A stretch of 63,587 nucleotides of DNA, counting the filler, from Globobulimina sp. (Eukaryota): NCBI GenBank assembly GCA_003354225.1. It is 53 parts of 53 records of this genome, joined end to end, with 100 filler letters (N's around TTAATTAATTAA, not from the genome) between each part and the next. Parts side by side here need not be neighbours in the genome. Positions count along the whole stretch, not along the records: positions 25,243 to 26,344 come from PIVH01023491.1; positions 26,445 to 27,546 come from PIVH01023492.1; positions 27,647 to 28,748 come from PIVH01023493.1; positions 28,849 to 29,950 come from PIVH01023494.1; positions 30,051 to 31,152 come from PIVH01023495.1; positions 31,253 to 32,354 come from PIVH01023496.1; positions 32,455 to 33,556 come from PIVH01023497.1; positions 33,657 to 34,758 come from PIVH01023498.1; 45 more parts are not named here. One strand, written 5' to 3'. Of this stretch, positions 25,308-37,401 are shown one piece after another. Under the pieces are notes generated by a model. That model made no database searches, was not told where the DNA came from, and saw only the letters and a program-made list of their open reading frames with translations. The stretch's first letter is position 1. Each line of letters opens with the position of its first letter. Made by a program: the position numbers and the translations under genes.

Positions 25308-26344
25308 ATGTCTAATAATCGATATAATAATCCATCATATAATGTATCATATAACCTGTCATATTACAGTCAATGGCCTGGGTCAGCAATAATTGATTAT
25401 GAAGATAATATTCATAATAAATATAACAATACGGCCAATACCTGTAATTTACCAACATTAGTATTCATAACTAATCATAAAACAGGCGGTTATATGAAAT
25501 CATGGCTTAAAATATTTTCGAGAGAGTGTAATTTATCAAAACTAAAACTAGCAATTGCAATATCTCAATATGATATTATTAAATGCAATAATATTATCAA
25601 TGAGAAACATACCATACAACATATTGCACAAAAAATAGAAAAATGTACAAAAAAAAGATCATTATTAAATACAAATAAATTAACCCATTATTGGCATGAT
25701 CAAATTCGACAAAAATTTGGACAAATTAAAAAAAGCAAATCACATAAATATTCATTGCATTTGCATAGAAAGCATAAAATGTCATCGTTAGTACGTTTGA
25801 AGCCTAACTCAACCGAATCTTTTTTAATTCATATTAGTGAAAGACCGGTGAATGAATTAATTGTTCTTAGTAAACGGTTGAATGAAAATATCGGACAAAA
25901 TTATATAATAATTATGATGGTTCGTTTACCGCTGGAAACTATATTAAGTGGTTATAATTATCATGCAAAAGGTCAAGAAAAGAGATGGACGAATAAGAAT
26001 TTAAATGGATTTGCCGGACATCCACGGATAGACAGACGGCGGCCAATAAAATTAAGTTCTTGTTTTAAAAACATTTGGAATGATCAGCAATATGTTATTG
26101 ATATGCATAAAAATACAACAATGTATAAAGAATATTCCAATGGATTTATAAATAATTATGCAAACATTACAGCATTACAATATGGACTGTATTTGGAATT
26201 TACAAGATTTGTTAATTGTGAATATCCATTACATTTAAAAATGTATCAACAAATTAAATACAATAATAATTATAAATGGTTGTTATTTTTACGATTTGAA
26301 TGGTTTCATAATCATAATTATAATGAGAGTATACTATATTTCTT
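25308..26344 (+). CDS. P-loop sulfotransferase-fold protein (partial)
   Basis: 5'-PSB-like FITNHKTG, 3'-PB-like MVRLPLETILSGYNYH, and C-terminal LFLRFE. Confidence 0.7.
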
Positions 26345-26444
26345 NNNNNNNNNNNNNNNNNNNNNNNNNNNNNNNNNNNNNNNNNNNNTTAATTAATTAA
26401 NNNNNNNNNNNNNNNNNNNNNNNNNNNNNNNNNNNNNNNNNNNN

Positions 26445-26650
26445 TTTGTAAGGAACTAAGCAACCTATTCTGGCTTTGCCAGAACCACCATCGAAATAAT
26501 ACAAATAATATATTATTTTTATTTTACATGGCTTATTGCCGTGGCAACAATTTGCCGCGGCACAAGATTGGGCAATCCGATAAACCATATAAAATTTTTC
26601 CGTAATGGTCGGTCGGGCGGGCGGGCGGTCGGTCGGTCGGTCAGTCGTTG
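26445..26650 (+). mobile_element. DINE-1/HINE-like non-autonomous Helentron-type element, 5' region
   Basis: Subterminal hairpin TTCTGGC-TTT-GCCAGAA (26468-26484), followed by a (GGTC/GGGC)n microsatellite at 26607-26647. Confidence 0.4.
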
Positions 26651-27069
26651 CATCAATTTTACACTATAGCATGAGATGAGATGTTTCTAAAACTAAACTG
26701 TTATCATCGCCTAGATCTAAAAGCTTTTGGCTCATTGGTTTTATGTTTGACTGGGGGTTTTTGTTTAGTTCTGAAAAGTAAACATTATCCATGGCGCTCC
26801 TTAGTTTTACACGAGCTACATTTTAATCATACTAAATTAAATTAAAGTACAACTATTAATTAATATTATTGATACACTAAAACTTAATAAATAAAAAGAC
26901 TAAAGAACAAAAAATACAAATTACAAATTATTAGACTTCACATCAAATAACATTGTCAGTTGTACCTTATATTCGGGGCATCTGTCTATCTACATTCCTA
27001 GTAGAAGGTATCTACTTTTGGGAGTATGTGGTGACCTTCACGCAATTATCCCGAAAATGACCATCTATC

Positions 27070-27226
27070 TACTTATACATTTGGGGACTGTCTGTCTGTG
27101 TGTTCTTTTATACTTATACATTTGGGGACTGTCTGCCTGTGTGTTCTTTTATACTTATACATTTGGGGACTGTCTGTCTGTGTGTTCTTTTATACTTATA
27201 CATTTGGGGACTGTCTGCCTGTGTGT
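27070..27226. repeat. 41-bp minisatellite, ~3.8 copies
   Basis: Unit TACTTATACATTTGGGGACTGTCTG(T/C)CTGTGTGTTCTTTTA starting at 27070, 27111, 27152 and 27193, with no spacers. Confidence 0.95.
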
Positions 27227-28048
27227 AAGGTTAATGTTTGAGAAAACTGTCAGACGGATTGAGATGGCTCATTCGATAGCTAACAAAAAATGATTGGTAC
27301 TAGCGCTCTCGGTTTTTTTAAAAAGTGTCTCTATAATTAATTATTAAAAACGATAATTAATATTTTTGATTTTCGATATATTCAAAACGTTAACAAAAAA
27401 ACGTTGAAACCTTTTTCGATCGAAAGCTAATAACGTTCCGAGTCAAACGCGATCAAAATTTCATTTTAATTATTGTTCGATTATCGTTAAAATCGATTAA
27501 AAATTGATAATTTTAGATATTTTTGAAACCTTAACGAAAAACGTTGNNNNNNNNNNNNNNNNNNNNNNNNNNNNNNNNNNNNNNNNNNNNTTAATTAATT
27601 AANNNNNNNNNNNNNNNNNNNNNNNNNNNNNNNNNNNNNNNNNNNNGTTTAATATGCTTTACTATCATCAGATGTTGGAGCGAAAGTGTCGTTAAACCAA
27701 TGTACCAAAGACAGTTGTGTAGGTTTCTGTGTATTGAAATTATTTGGAATATATAATTTGCTGCATAATCATTTCTTAACTAATATAATTTGATGATTTG
27801 GACCTTGATCTTGATGAAGGCCTTAATTGAAATCCAACTATTCCACCAAAAAAATGTACTCTGCGACTCTATGCAGCAATTTATAAATATTTATATGGTT
27901 AAAATTATAAACCACAGTTGAGTTGTGAGGAAGGATTAGTTTTGAAGTTTTTGTTTTGAAAGTTTTTTGAGGAAGGATTAGTACTGATGTTTTAGTTGAA
28001 TGTCTAATCTAAATTGTGAATACAAAAAATAAAATTAAGAGCAAACGC

Positions 28049-28135
28049 CGCGCAGAAGGTGGAATCGAACCACTGTGTTGTTATACACCTACAGATTTGA
28101 AGTCTGCACACCACACCAGTGAGGATCATCCGCGC
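28049..28135 (-). tRNA. Eukaryotic selenocysteine tRNA, tRNA-Sec(TCA)
   Basis: Sequence GCGCGGATGATCCTCACTGGTGTGGTGTGCAGACTTCAAATCTGTAGGTGTATAACAACACAGTGGTTCGATTCCACCTTCTGCGCG (87 nt). Anticodon arm GCAGA-CTTCAAA-TCTGT, long D-stem with TGGT loop, long variable arm, 4-bp T-stem GTGG/CCAC, G discriminator, downstream T-runs. Confidence 0.93.
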
Positions 28136-28390
28136 ATATTCATAATCCAATTGGTATATGTTTCTTTGGCTTAGGTGGGATTTAAACCCACATCTATATG
28201 AAATACAACTCAATCACTTCATTTTGTAATAATATTTACAGAATATCTGAACACACAGATAAATTGAAGTATGTTGCTAATTTAAGGGAAGCTAATACAA
28301 GGTTTTGGTTTGTGGTTGAAATGGGCAAACATTTCAAGGGAAACAGCATAAAGCTGCAGACATACGCTCTATTGTTGAGCTACTAAGCCA

Positions 28391-28748
28391 AGCACAATTC
28401 CCTTTAACTTATTTCTGATTCAATGAACTGATCTTATATTCTATAAATACATGCTGATAAATGCAAATTTACAATCATGGGGAAACAATCAAATCGAATG
28501 GCATTATAATATTTTAATATTGTACCGGTGGCATATTTTTAATTTCATACTGACAACAGAATTACTGAGATTTCATTCTCTCACTTGGTTTAACATTATA
28601 TATATATTGAAAATGCAGTCAGTCTGAAGGCTCACAATCGAATTTTCGAATTGTTTCCCCATGATTGTAAATTTGCATTTATCAGCATGTATTTATAGAA
28701 TATAAGATCAGTTCATTGAATCAGAAATAAGTTAAAGGGAATTGTGCT
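28391..28748. repeat. Perfect 99-bp inverted repeat ending at the contig edge
   Basis: 28391-28489 is the exact reverse complement of 28650-28748, with a 160-bp spacer. Confidence 0.93.
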
Positions 28749-29073
28749 NNNNNNNNNNNNNNNNNNNNNNNNNNNNNNNNNNNNNNNNNNNNTTAATTAA
28801 TTAANNNNNNNNNNNNNNNNNNNNNNNNNNNNNNNNNNNNNNNNNNNNGTGTTGTTGTATATTGAAGGTTCAGTGATTGAAGTTAAAAATGATTGTTGCA
28901 ATCGTTTCAAGCGTGATAATTATGATAAAGTGGTGTTTTGGAATGATAGATTTGTTACCAATGTACGTAATAGTTATTCGATTAAATTTTTTAAAATATA
29001 TTAGAGCTTTTAGAAACATTTTGGATTTACAAAAAGGCATTTTTTATTTACAAAAACAAAAAGCAAGCTTGAG

Positions 29074-29737
29074 TCATTTCGTTGAGGCAGTACCGCTAAC
29101 CATTGCTATTCTTTTTTTGTACCAATTGGTATCTCCTCTGGTCAGACATCGTTCGTACAAACCAGATTCATTGAATGTTTCCCCTTCCTTCTTCCTAAAC
29201 ATATGAAGATATACAACACAAAATAGAGCGAGTACAGCTAACGCGTATCCATAATAGACTGTGTATAACAAAGCTGAACATTCCTTGCTACAGTCTTTAC
29301 CATATTTGGTTCAGTCATCTTCCGGATCCACTGCAACTTCGTGTGCATGTTCCATCGCATGATGCCAAAGGATCAATTTCGCATAAATCATTCTCATATC
29401 TCACATGGGAATATATTGCATAAATGAGTAACAATACAGCAGTAATTGTACCAAATAGATAGAAAACTCTGCCATACGAAGATATAAGCCCACGAATACA
29501 TTGTTTATTATTTCTATTTTCATTGTCAGCACCATTCCATACACAACAAGCATCGATCAGTGTGATGAGTAATGCGGTGATAATGAATGCAATGAGTATA
29601 TAACCAAATATAGCAAAGCCAGAAGTTGATGATGACGCATACTCTGTGGGTGGTGATGATATTGGCCGATATGTATAAGACTGTGTTGGTTCTAATGTTG
29701 TAAGATTTATCCAGTAATTTGTATTGTTTATGACCAT
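29074..29737 (-). pseudogene. Multi-pass membrane protein with a Cys-rich loop, disrupted
   Basis: Two TM helices and a Cys-rich loop in 29315-29737. The continuation (KDCSKEC...third TM) is in a different frame and contains a TGA. Confidence 0.45.
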
Positions 29738-30050
29738 CTATAAAAATAATTATAAATCCAATGGTTATTGGCTTATTGCACGACAGTTTATAATTAGATT
29801 ATAGCACGACAGTTTTTGTGGTCAGTCAAAAAACATTTAAAATCGCGTCATTTACATATGTATATGTTATGTAATTACTCATTTCGAAGTACACCACATT
29901 CTGAATGGACTCTTGCTAATTTAATCTGCTCTTGTAACGATTTTATTCGTNNNNNNNNNNNNNNNNNNNNNNNNNNNNNNNNNNNNNNNNNNNNTTAATT
30001 AATTAANNNNNNNNNNNNNNNNNNNNNNNNNNNNNNNNNNNNNNNNNNNN

Positions 30051-30720
30051 TAGACCCAGAGGCAAGAAGCACGGAGGCAAGAAGCACAGAGGCAAAGTAC
30101 CCAGGAGGCAAGAAGCATTAAAAAAAACATTTTGTTTTGGACCCAGAGGTTTTCGACAAAGAACTTCAAAGTTTTTTGCGTAGTTATTTTTTAATTTTTA
30201 AATGGTGATTTTGATTACTAATCAAAATATTTTTTGTTGGAAAAAGGTGGTTTGAGATGAACCAAGTTATCACATATTTTTTCTTTTCCGGAATTTTCTT
30301 AAAAAAAAATAAGAATTTTCCAGAAATTTCTTAAAAAATTTCAATAACTCCTATGCACATCTTAAGTAAATTCCTTTAGGAAAAGGAAAATTTTTGTAAA
30401 AAAAAATGTCAGACCTTTCCAGAATTTTCCTGAAAAACTTTTCTGAAAATGTTCTTGAAAAACGTTTCTGAAAATGTCCTAAAAACGTTTCTGAAAATGT
30501 TCCTGAAAAACGTTTCTAAAAATGGTCCGGAAAAACGTTTCTGAAAATGTTCCTGAAAAGCGTTTCTGAAAATGTCATAAAAACGTTTCTGAAAATGTGT
30601 CAGAAAACGTTTCTATAATTCTCAGATTTATTTCGTCAGAAAACGTTTGTATAATTCTCAGATTTATTTTGTCGGAAAACGTTTCTATAATTCTCGGATT
30701 TATAAGTAAATTCCTTTAGG
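30051..30720. repeat. Compound degenerate tandem repeats
   Basis: GAGGCAAGAAGCA units at 30059-30117; AAAACGTTTCTGAAAATGT units at ~30430-30620; ~38-bp units at ~30600-30705. Confidence 0.85.
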
Positions 30721-31567
30721 AAAATTTTCGATAAAAAAAAAGAAAAAAAAATATTTCGAAAAAAATGTTAAAAAAAAGTAGTAGTACTAGTAGTAGTACT
30801 AAAAAAAATCTCAAATTTTTGAAATCACTGGTATGAGGGTCTATCGACCCAATTATTGCGAAATTAAATAGATAGTGATCTAATACACACAAAATGCACA
30901 CACAATAGACAATCAATCAATCATTGTTGACGTTAATTGATTGCTGATCATGTTTATTATTAATGACAAATCGAACTCTAAATTGACTACTGCCAATTAA
31001 GTTCGGAGGCTTAACATTTTAAAGCATATCACTTTTACAGTCACTTCTAGCCGAGATTGGATTTTTAAACTACGATAGCGGTTTACATACGAAACATCTA
31101 TGAAACATATGCATATGCTATCTTGGTTTAAAAGCAATCTCAAAAACAACATNNNNNNNNNNNNNNNNNNNNNNNNNNNNNNNNNNNNNNNNNNNNTTAA
31201 TTAATTAANNNNNNNNNNNNNNNNNNNNNNNNNNNNNNNNNNNNNNNNNNNNAGTTTTAAAATAAATTAAATCACTGTAGTAGTTAGTTACTGTCAGTGT
31301 ATACAGACATTATCAAAACAGAGTGTGTGAGTGTTTTTGTTTGTGTACAGCCACATTTCGATTACAGTTTGGCAGCAAATATGTTTTATTCCGAAAACAA
31401 ATTAAGTGAAATTCTGTTCAATACCACAACGCAAAAAGAAGCAAAATGACGACAAGCATACAAGTATTTGAAAAAAACCTCAACTGAGACTTTTTTGATC
31501 CTCCTTCAAAATATTCAAAAAGGAAACAAGCTAAATTGAACAATAACAATTATCAACATATTTTTTG

Positions 31568-32354
31568 TCATCCCATATTTTGCGTCATATCCTGACTTGG
31601 ATACTTATTCTGCGCAAAAGAAAGCAGCCGTGCGATGGCATGAATATATTTTCTTTGCACCTCATCGTTCATAACATGTGCAATCTGTGAACTAAATATC
31701 TTTGACCTCCCACTCCGTTCATGAATGCCAACCATAGTCACCCCCATTGGCCACGGTGCATTTCCTATTGCCATTTCAAAAAAAATACGTTTCGATTCCA
31801 CATAATTACGCTTCTCTGCGGCAAACACCATTTTCTCCGCTTTACGCAACACATCGCCGGGCACCGTCCGGTTTTTCAACTGTTTGAACAAAGCACGGAT
31901 ATCTCTCCTCGCCTGTTTTTGTAACATCGTGGCATTCTTTCCTATCGGTGATATCTTTTCATTCTCCGATCGATTCAACAAACTTTGCTCCCATTCCCGT
32001 AACATCCGTTTGAAGAAAAACAGCACAAAATCCTCAGAGTTTGCAAACGATGAACGGTTACGCGGTTCGTCATATTTCTTCTTTTTAAATTCCTGTCGTT
32101 TTGAATGTATTTCCAGTTCATTCCCTCCATCTTTTTTTATTTGACTCATTGCTGTTTATCATATAATTCGTATTCAATCACAATAATTGATATCAAAATG
32201 GTGCGAGGATACATACACTGAGCCATTGCCGCTTCAATCTCTCTCTCGACCTCGTTTTTTATTGATTGCGAGGCGTTTTCCACTCCTTTGGAGGCGCCTT
32301 CTTCTCGTTCATGTTCCAATATTTCTAACCTTCGTAGGCGTTTCAAGCGCTCTT
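31568..32354 (-). CDS. PRPF18: Pre-mRNA splicing factor Prp18 (3' part)
   Basis: MAIGNAPWPMGVTMVGIHERSGRSKIFSSQIAHVMNDEVQRKYI. GTATGT...ACAG intron 32152-32216 joins the two ORFs in frame. Confidence 0.97.
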
Positions 32355-32454
32355 NNNNNNNNNNNNNNNNNNNNNNNNNNNNNNNNNNNNNNNNNNNNTT
32401 AATTAATTAANNNNNNNNNNNNNNNNNNNNNNNNNNNNNNNNNNNNNNNNNNNN

Positions 32455-33445
32455 CGATAAAGGTTGTATAAATATGATTCATATCTTCTTCATTGACCTC
32501 TTCCAAAACATCTGCTTCCGAGTTATTATTCTGATTACTTTCCATACGTTTTATATCTGATACTTTTGTGCCATCACTGTTTTGCTGAATGAGATTCATA
32601 ATAGTTTCTGCATCACATTTGCCACTATTCGGCAATGCATCCTGTCAAAATATAAGATATTAAACATACATAACAGAGCAAAAACACACAATAAAAAACA
32701 TACAGTTATGAAAATAATCCGGTTCCAATATTCATCCAAAATGATACCTTCTTTTTCATCATCACCTGAGTGACCGGATGGCGATGGATACATATTTTTA
32801 ATGTAAGCCTCGTCATCTTCACTGATTATATCTTTTTGTTTTGCAAAAAAATCATCATATAACTTTGTGGCTGTTTTGTATGCTAATTCCATATTAGTAC
32901 CACCTCCAGCTTTTATATCAACAATATCTGTTTTTAATTTATTTACATTAATATCTTTCATTTTTTGTAATGATTGAAACACTGAACATTTACTGTTAAA
33001 GACAACTAAACCAAACCTATCCTCGCCATTTAATTGTTGCAATAAAGATAAAACTGATTGATTTGCAACGTCCATTACACATTTTTGCTCTGTTTTTTGG
33101 AGCTGTTCCAATTTTAATTGTTCATCCTCGTCAACTGCTAATGTATTACAGTTTGCATCCATATGTTGCCCAACCATTAAATCCACAGAAGCAGGAACGT
33201 TGTTGTTCACTTTTATAAATTTGTTACAGACCGGACATTGTGGTGGTAATTCTCTTTTTGTCGCACTTTTAAATTGTGAGCTCATAGAACCTGAATTATC
33301 TAAAACCACCACACAATTTAATTTGTTTCGTGTTAAATTATTTGAATCGATGGTAGAGTTTAATCCGATGGTCATATAATATTCAAATGCATCTTTATTA
33401 TCATCACAATCATTATTGATGACAGCTTGCTTTTTTTCAGAGAAT
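32455..33445 (-). CDS. von Willebrand factor A domain protein with an inserted zinc finger (partial, spliced)
   Basis: LNCVVVLDNSGSM (MIDAS), DRFGLVVFN, AGGGTNM, RIIFIT. Intron near 32641-32702. Confidence 0.85.
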
Positions 33446-33680
33446 CTGAAGACATTAATTGTATTCAAAGAAATATGCAAAAAAAAGTGAAGAATAAAAA
33501 TAATAACTTGGAAGCAGGGATACATTCCACAAATTCGCTGAAATCTATTTTTTGTGNNNNNNNNNNNNNNNNNNNNNNNNNNNNNNNNNNNNNNNNNNNN
33601 TTAATTAATTAANNNNNNNNNNNNNNNNNNNNNNNNNNNNNNNNNNNNNNNNNNNNGTTTCTATAATAAGTATCATCGAT

Positions 33681-34409
33681 GTGATCATATTTAGTTTGTG
33701 TATGATTTATGTGTTCAGAATCTTAAAAAAAAGGAGCGATTTGGAAGGCAATTGTTTATGGACTGAGTTGTTTAAACAAATCGGTGCGATGCAATATATT
33801 GTGGTGTCTATAGAAATAAGTGTTTTTATCATTGATTGGATTTTTGTGATTGATGTTATTGTTGTGGATAAAACATATTTGGGGTGGATTGGATTGATGT
33901 TGTTAATATTTGCGGGCATTGTGCTATATTTTCGGTATAGTTTATATAAGAAATTGTGTGTTTATCAGATTAATGATATTGTGCGGAGTGAGAAGGGTAA
34001 GAATGAAGTGATTGATTATGAAGAAATTAGAGTGCGACAAGTTGATATTGGGATGGTGGGGATATTGTTAATGAGTGTTGAGGATATACCGATTATTATT
34101 ATATTAATAATTATTGGCGATAATTGGGACTATTACGCACTCGTTGTGTTGGGTTTTATTGTGTCATTGGTGTCGATTGCGATGAAAGTTGGATTATTGT
34201 TTGGTGCCAAATGCGATGATTATGAGAATAAAAGGTATGAAAGGACGCATGATGTGGTTCAATTAGCAGGTACTTTGGCAGTGGATAAAGCAGATACAAC
34301 TGGAGCGGATACAGGAGATGGTGGCGGAGGTGGTGCTGATAAGGAAGCAGATGCTGGGAAAACAAAAACAGATCAAGCGGCTAAGGGTGAGTTTAAGTAT
34401 TATAAATAA
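33681..34409 (+). CDS. Multi-pass membrane protein C-terminus
   Basis: Four hydrophobic helices, an EDIP motif and a polar tail. Confidence 0.6.
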   Translation: MIIFSLCMIYVFRILKKRSDLEGNCLWTELFKQIGAMQYIVVSIEISVFIIDWIFVIDVIVVDKTYLGWIGLMLLIFAGIVLYFRYSLYKKLCVYQINDIVRSEKGKNEVIDYEEIRVRQVDIGMVGILLMSVEDIPIIIILIIIGDNWDYYALVVLGFIVSLVSIAMKVGLLFGAKCDDYENKRYERTHDVVQLAGTLAVDKADTTGADTGDGGGGGADKEADAGKTKTDQAAKGEFKYYK

Positions 34410-35489
34410 AAGTATTACTTCTGTACAGAAAAATAATTTAAATTTTATTATTTTTGTTTGTTTTCTTTTTGTTTGGAAATTTTGAACATTTTTTTTCGTC
34501 CATATATTTCCCGTTTTTTATTTATCTACGTTTACGCACAATCTTTGTTGCTGAGGATTATACATCTCATCGAGCCGCAGTTTCTGTATAATATGCAGCT
34601 CGTATTTCAATTTTCTAAGTGAAAGGATAAGAGTGTAAGGATTCAAAATGTATAAAAAATTAATTATTTGCAAATGCAACTTCTAAACACTTCTTTTGTG
34701 ATTGGCAAGGTTTTTGGGTTAGCTAGAGTGGTTTTCAACCTAGTATTCGAAGTTGACCNNNNNNNNNNNNNNNNNNNNNNNNNNNNNNNNNNNNNNNNNN
34801 NNTTAATTAATTAANNNNNNNNNNNNNNNNNNNNNNNNNNNNNNNNNNNNNNNNNNNNCATACAGTAGGGATTCCTTATTACATACCTACATATTATGTA
34901 TTAGGGAAAATCATGACTATCCAAGCCCCTTTCGAAGTTTGGGACTCGTGGTCACAAAAAGTGCATACATACCGTTTGCATTTCGATCCAATAACGCAAA
35001 TTGTTGAAACAAAAGGCACAATAGTTTTTCGTCAAATTAATTTTTGCTTGTTGTTTGAAAGTGAGTCGATTGACATTGATTTCTTTTTCCACATGTGAAG
35101 TGCTTGAATTGACATGATACCATTGGGGATCGCTTTGATATTGAAAGGCCATGTCTGATTCTAAATATGGCGACATTGACATTGGTGATGATTGATGGTA
35201 AGATGGCCATGCAGACATGGAACCTTGATTGACCCAATGTGGTGTAGGTTTGTTTGGACTGTCATTCTGAAATTGGAGTATATACAGTAATTGTAAATAC
35301 ATACAAGCAACATACACATATACATACAGTACTGTTGTATGTACCATGTCATACATAGGTGCGTTTGGTCGGCCGACCAGAGGGGGGTGAAAGCTGGTCG
35401 GATCGGCCCAATTTGGGGGATCAAGCCGGACCGATCGCCAAAAGGCTAGCGTGCTTTTTTTGTCGATTTTTTTGTGTATTATCGGGGCT

Positions 35490-35895
35490 GTGGATGCTTA
35501 AAAACTTCAAATACAAACATTTATGGCCATATTTAAGGCAATAGAAAGACTTTATATGTAGAGGAAAAATGGTCAGAAAATACCTAAAAAATTTCGAAAA
35601 AACGCAAAAAATCTCAACTTCCTCTGGTGGGGAGGGTGGGTGCGAATTGATCGGATTGGTCAAGCCAAAAAATCGCCAATTTTTGACGTTTTGTGGGTCT
35701 AATATTGGCTAGGGAGGCTTAAAAACGTCAAATACAAGCATATCTAGTCATATTTAATGCAATAGAACGAATTATAGAGGAAAAAATGGTCGAAAAATAC
35801 AACAAAATTATCGAAAAAACCAAAAAAATCCTCAACTTCCTCTCGTAGGATGGGTTGGGTAGGTCTGATCGGATGTGATCGGATTGACCAATCTG
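35490..35895. repeat. Two diverged ~220-bp tandem units
   Basis: GCTTAAAAACxTCAAATACAA...CTCAACTTCCTCT...GATCGGATTG occurs twice, from ~35496 and ~35717. Confidence 0.75.
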
Positions 35896-36060
35896 GGAGG
35901 TCTTCCCCCCATCCCCCCCAAACGCAACTATGATGGCAACACAAATGCCATGTTACAATCNNNNNNNNNNNNNNNNNNNNNNNNNNNNNNNNNNNNNNNN
36001 NNNNTTAATTAATTAANNNNNNNNNNNNNNNNNNNNNNNNNNNNNNNNNNNNNNNNNNNN

Positions 36061-37162
36061 ATTGCCATCCATAATCTCGATGTGTTATACGAAAATGTAA
36101 TAAATCACATCCAACAAATAACAAAAAGAAAAGAATTGATTAAAGAAAAAGGCTTAAACTGCAAGAATGAAATAGTAGCGTATTTTGATGAGATTAATAA
36201 AATGGTAAATAAACGAAAAGAAGTCTTGTTAACAAAATTAAAAAATGAACAAGTAAATAAAAATAATATATGGGTGAATAATTTGAATGATATGTATGAA
36301 TATAAGAAGATCATCGAAAATACACAAAAAGAAATCCGAACTGCATTGAATACGAAACAAAATTTAAATATTCAAACAGCCACAAAAGATATCGTCGGAC
36401 ATGAAATTCATTCAAAACATCTTAAAAATGGTTTAAATCAATTAAAAAAAGAGATTATGCTCGATTTTATTGCTGATAAACAAACAACAGAAAAAGTATG
36501 CAAATTTGCCTGCTTTTTATATAATTAATGATGTAAAATAAACGGATACACAGTTTGTTGAGCAAATGGGAAGAATCCATTTTTCAAATGCTCCGTTACC
36601 GCCAGTATTAAGAGCCAAAAATGTTACAGCCACTTCTATTCACGTATGTTATCAAACAAATCAACACTTTAACATTTTTGTAAGCATTTGATGTTATTTG
36701 CATGTGTTAGGTTGAGTTAACCGATGATATTAAAGAAGAAAAAGAGTGTGGTGACTATGGCGAATTAATTTATTGTATTGAGGTTAAAGAGGATGACGAG
36801 AAAGAGTCAAAATGGAGTGAAAGGAAAAAAGTTCGACATAATAATTCAAAAAATATCGAATTAAAAGAATTAAAACCAAACAATAATTACAAAATACGGG
36901 CAAAGAGCTGTAATGATTTGGAGTCAAGTGTTTATTCCAATATTTTGGCTGCCAAAACTAGTTTAGGTTTATTTGTTATTTTATTTTCATGAATCAGTAA
37001 ACAATTAAAACAGCAGAAATATTGGCCATGGCTCACAAATCTGGATTTGATGTGTATGAACCAAAATATATAAAATTGGAAAAAGAAGGTCGTGTAGTTC
37101 AAGGGTTGGGTGGTTGCCATTATAATATTGTCTCAACAAAACAAGGTTTTAATCAAAATGTA
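36061..37162 (+). CDS. Coiled-coil plus fibronectin type III (possibly SPRY) protein, spliced
   Basis: FN3 signature ELKELKPNNNYKIRAKSCNDLESSVYS. Three short GT-AG introns at ~36496-36553, ~36643-36710 and ~36961-37017. Confidence 0.7.
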
Positions 37163-37401
37163 NNNNNNNNNNNNNNNNNNNNNNNNNNNNNNNNNNNNNN
37201 NNNNNNTTAATTAATTAANNNNNNNNNNNNNNNNNNNNNNNNNNNNNNNNNNNNNNNNNNNNGTATTTTAAATATGATAATGAAATACAAATAACACAAT
37301 GTAAATCTTATAAAGTATGGATTAAAAACAGATTATTATTCAATTTATACTTTTTTTCAAGTCATCTAATTTCAGGTTTCTTCAAAACTTTATCATATTT
37401 C

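Noticed and set aside
27070..27226. CRISPR array
   Set aside because: The units are directly adjacent with no unique spacers, and there are no cas genes.
29300..29320. Selenocysteine TGA in the Cys-rich loop (EDD*TKYGKDC), on the contig next to tRNA-Sec
   Set aside because: A frameshift is also needed to reach that frame, no SECIS was recognised, and adjacency to tRNA-Sec is across a linker. Pseudogenisation is simpler.
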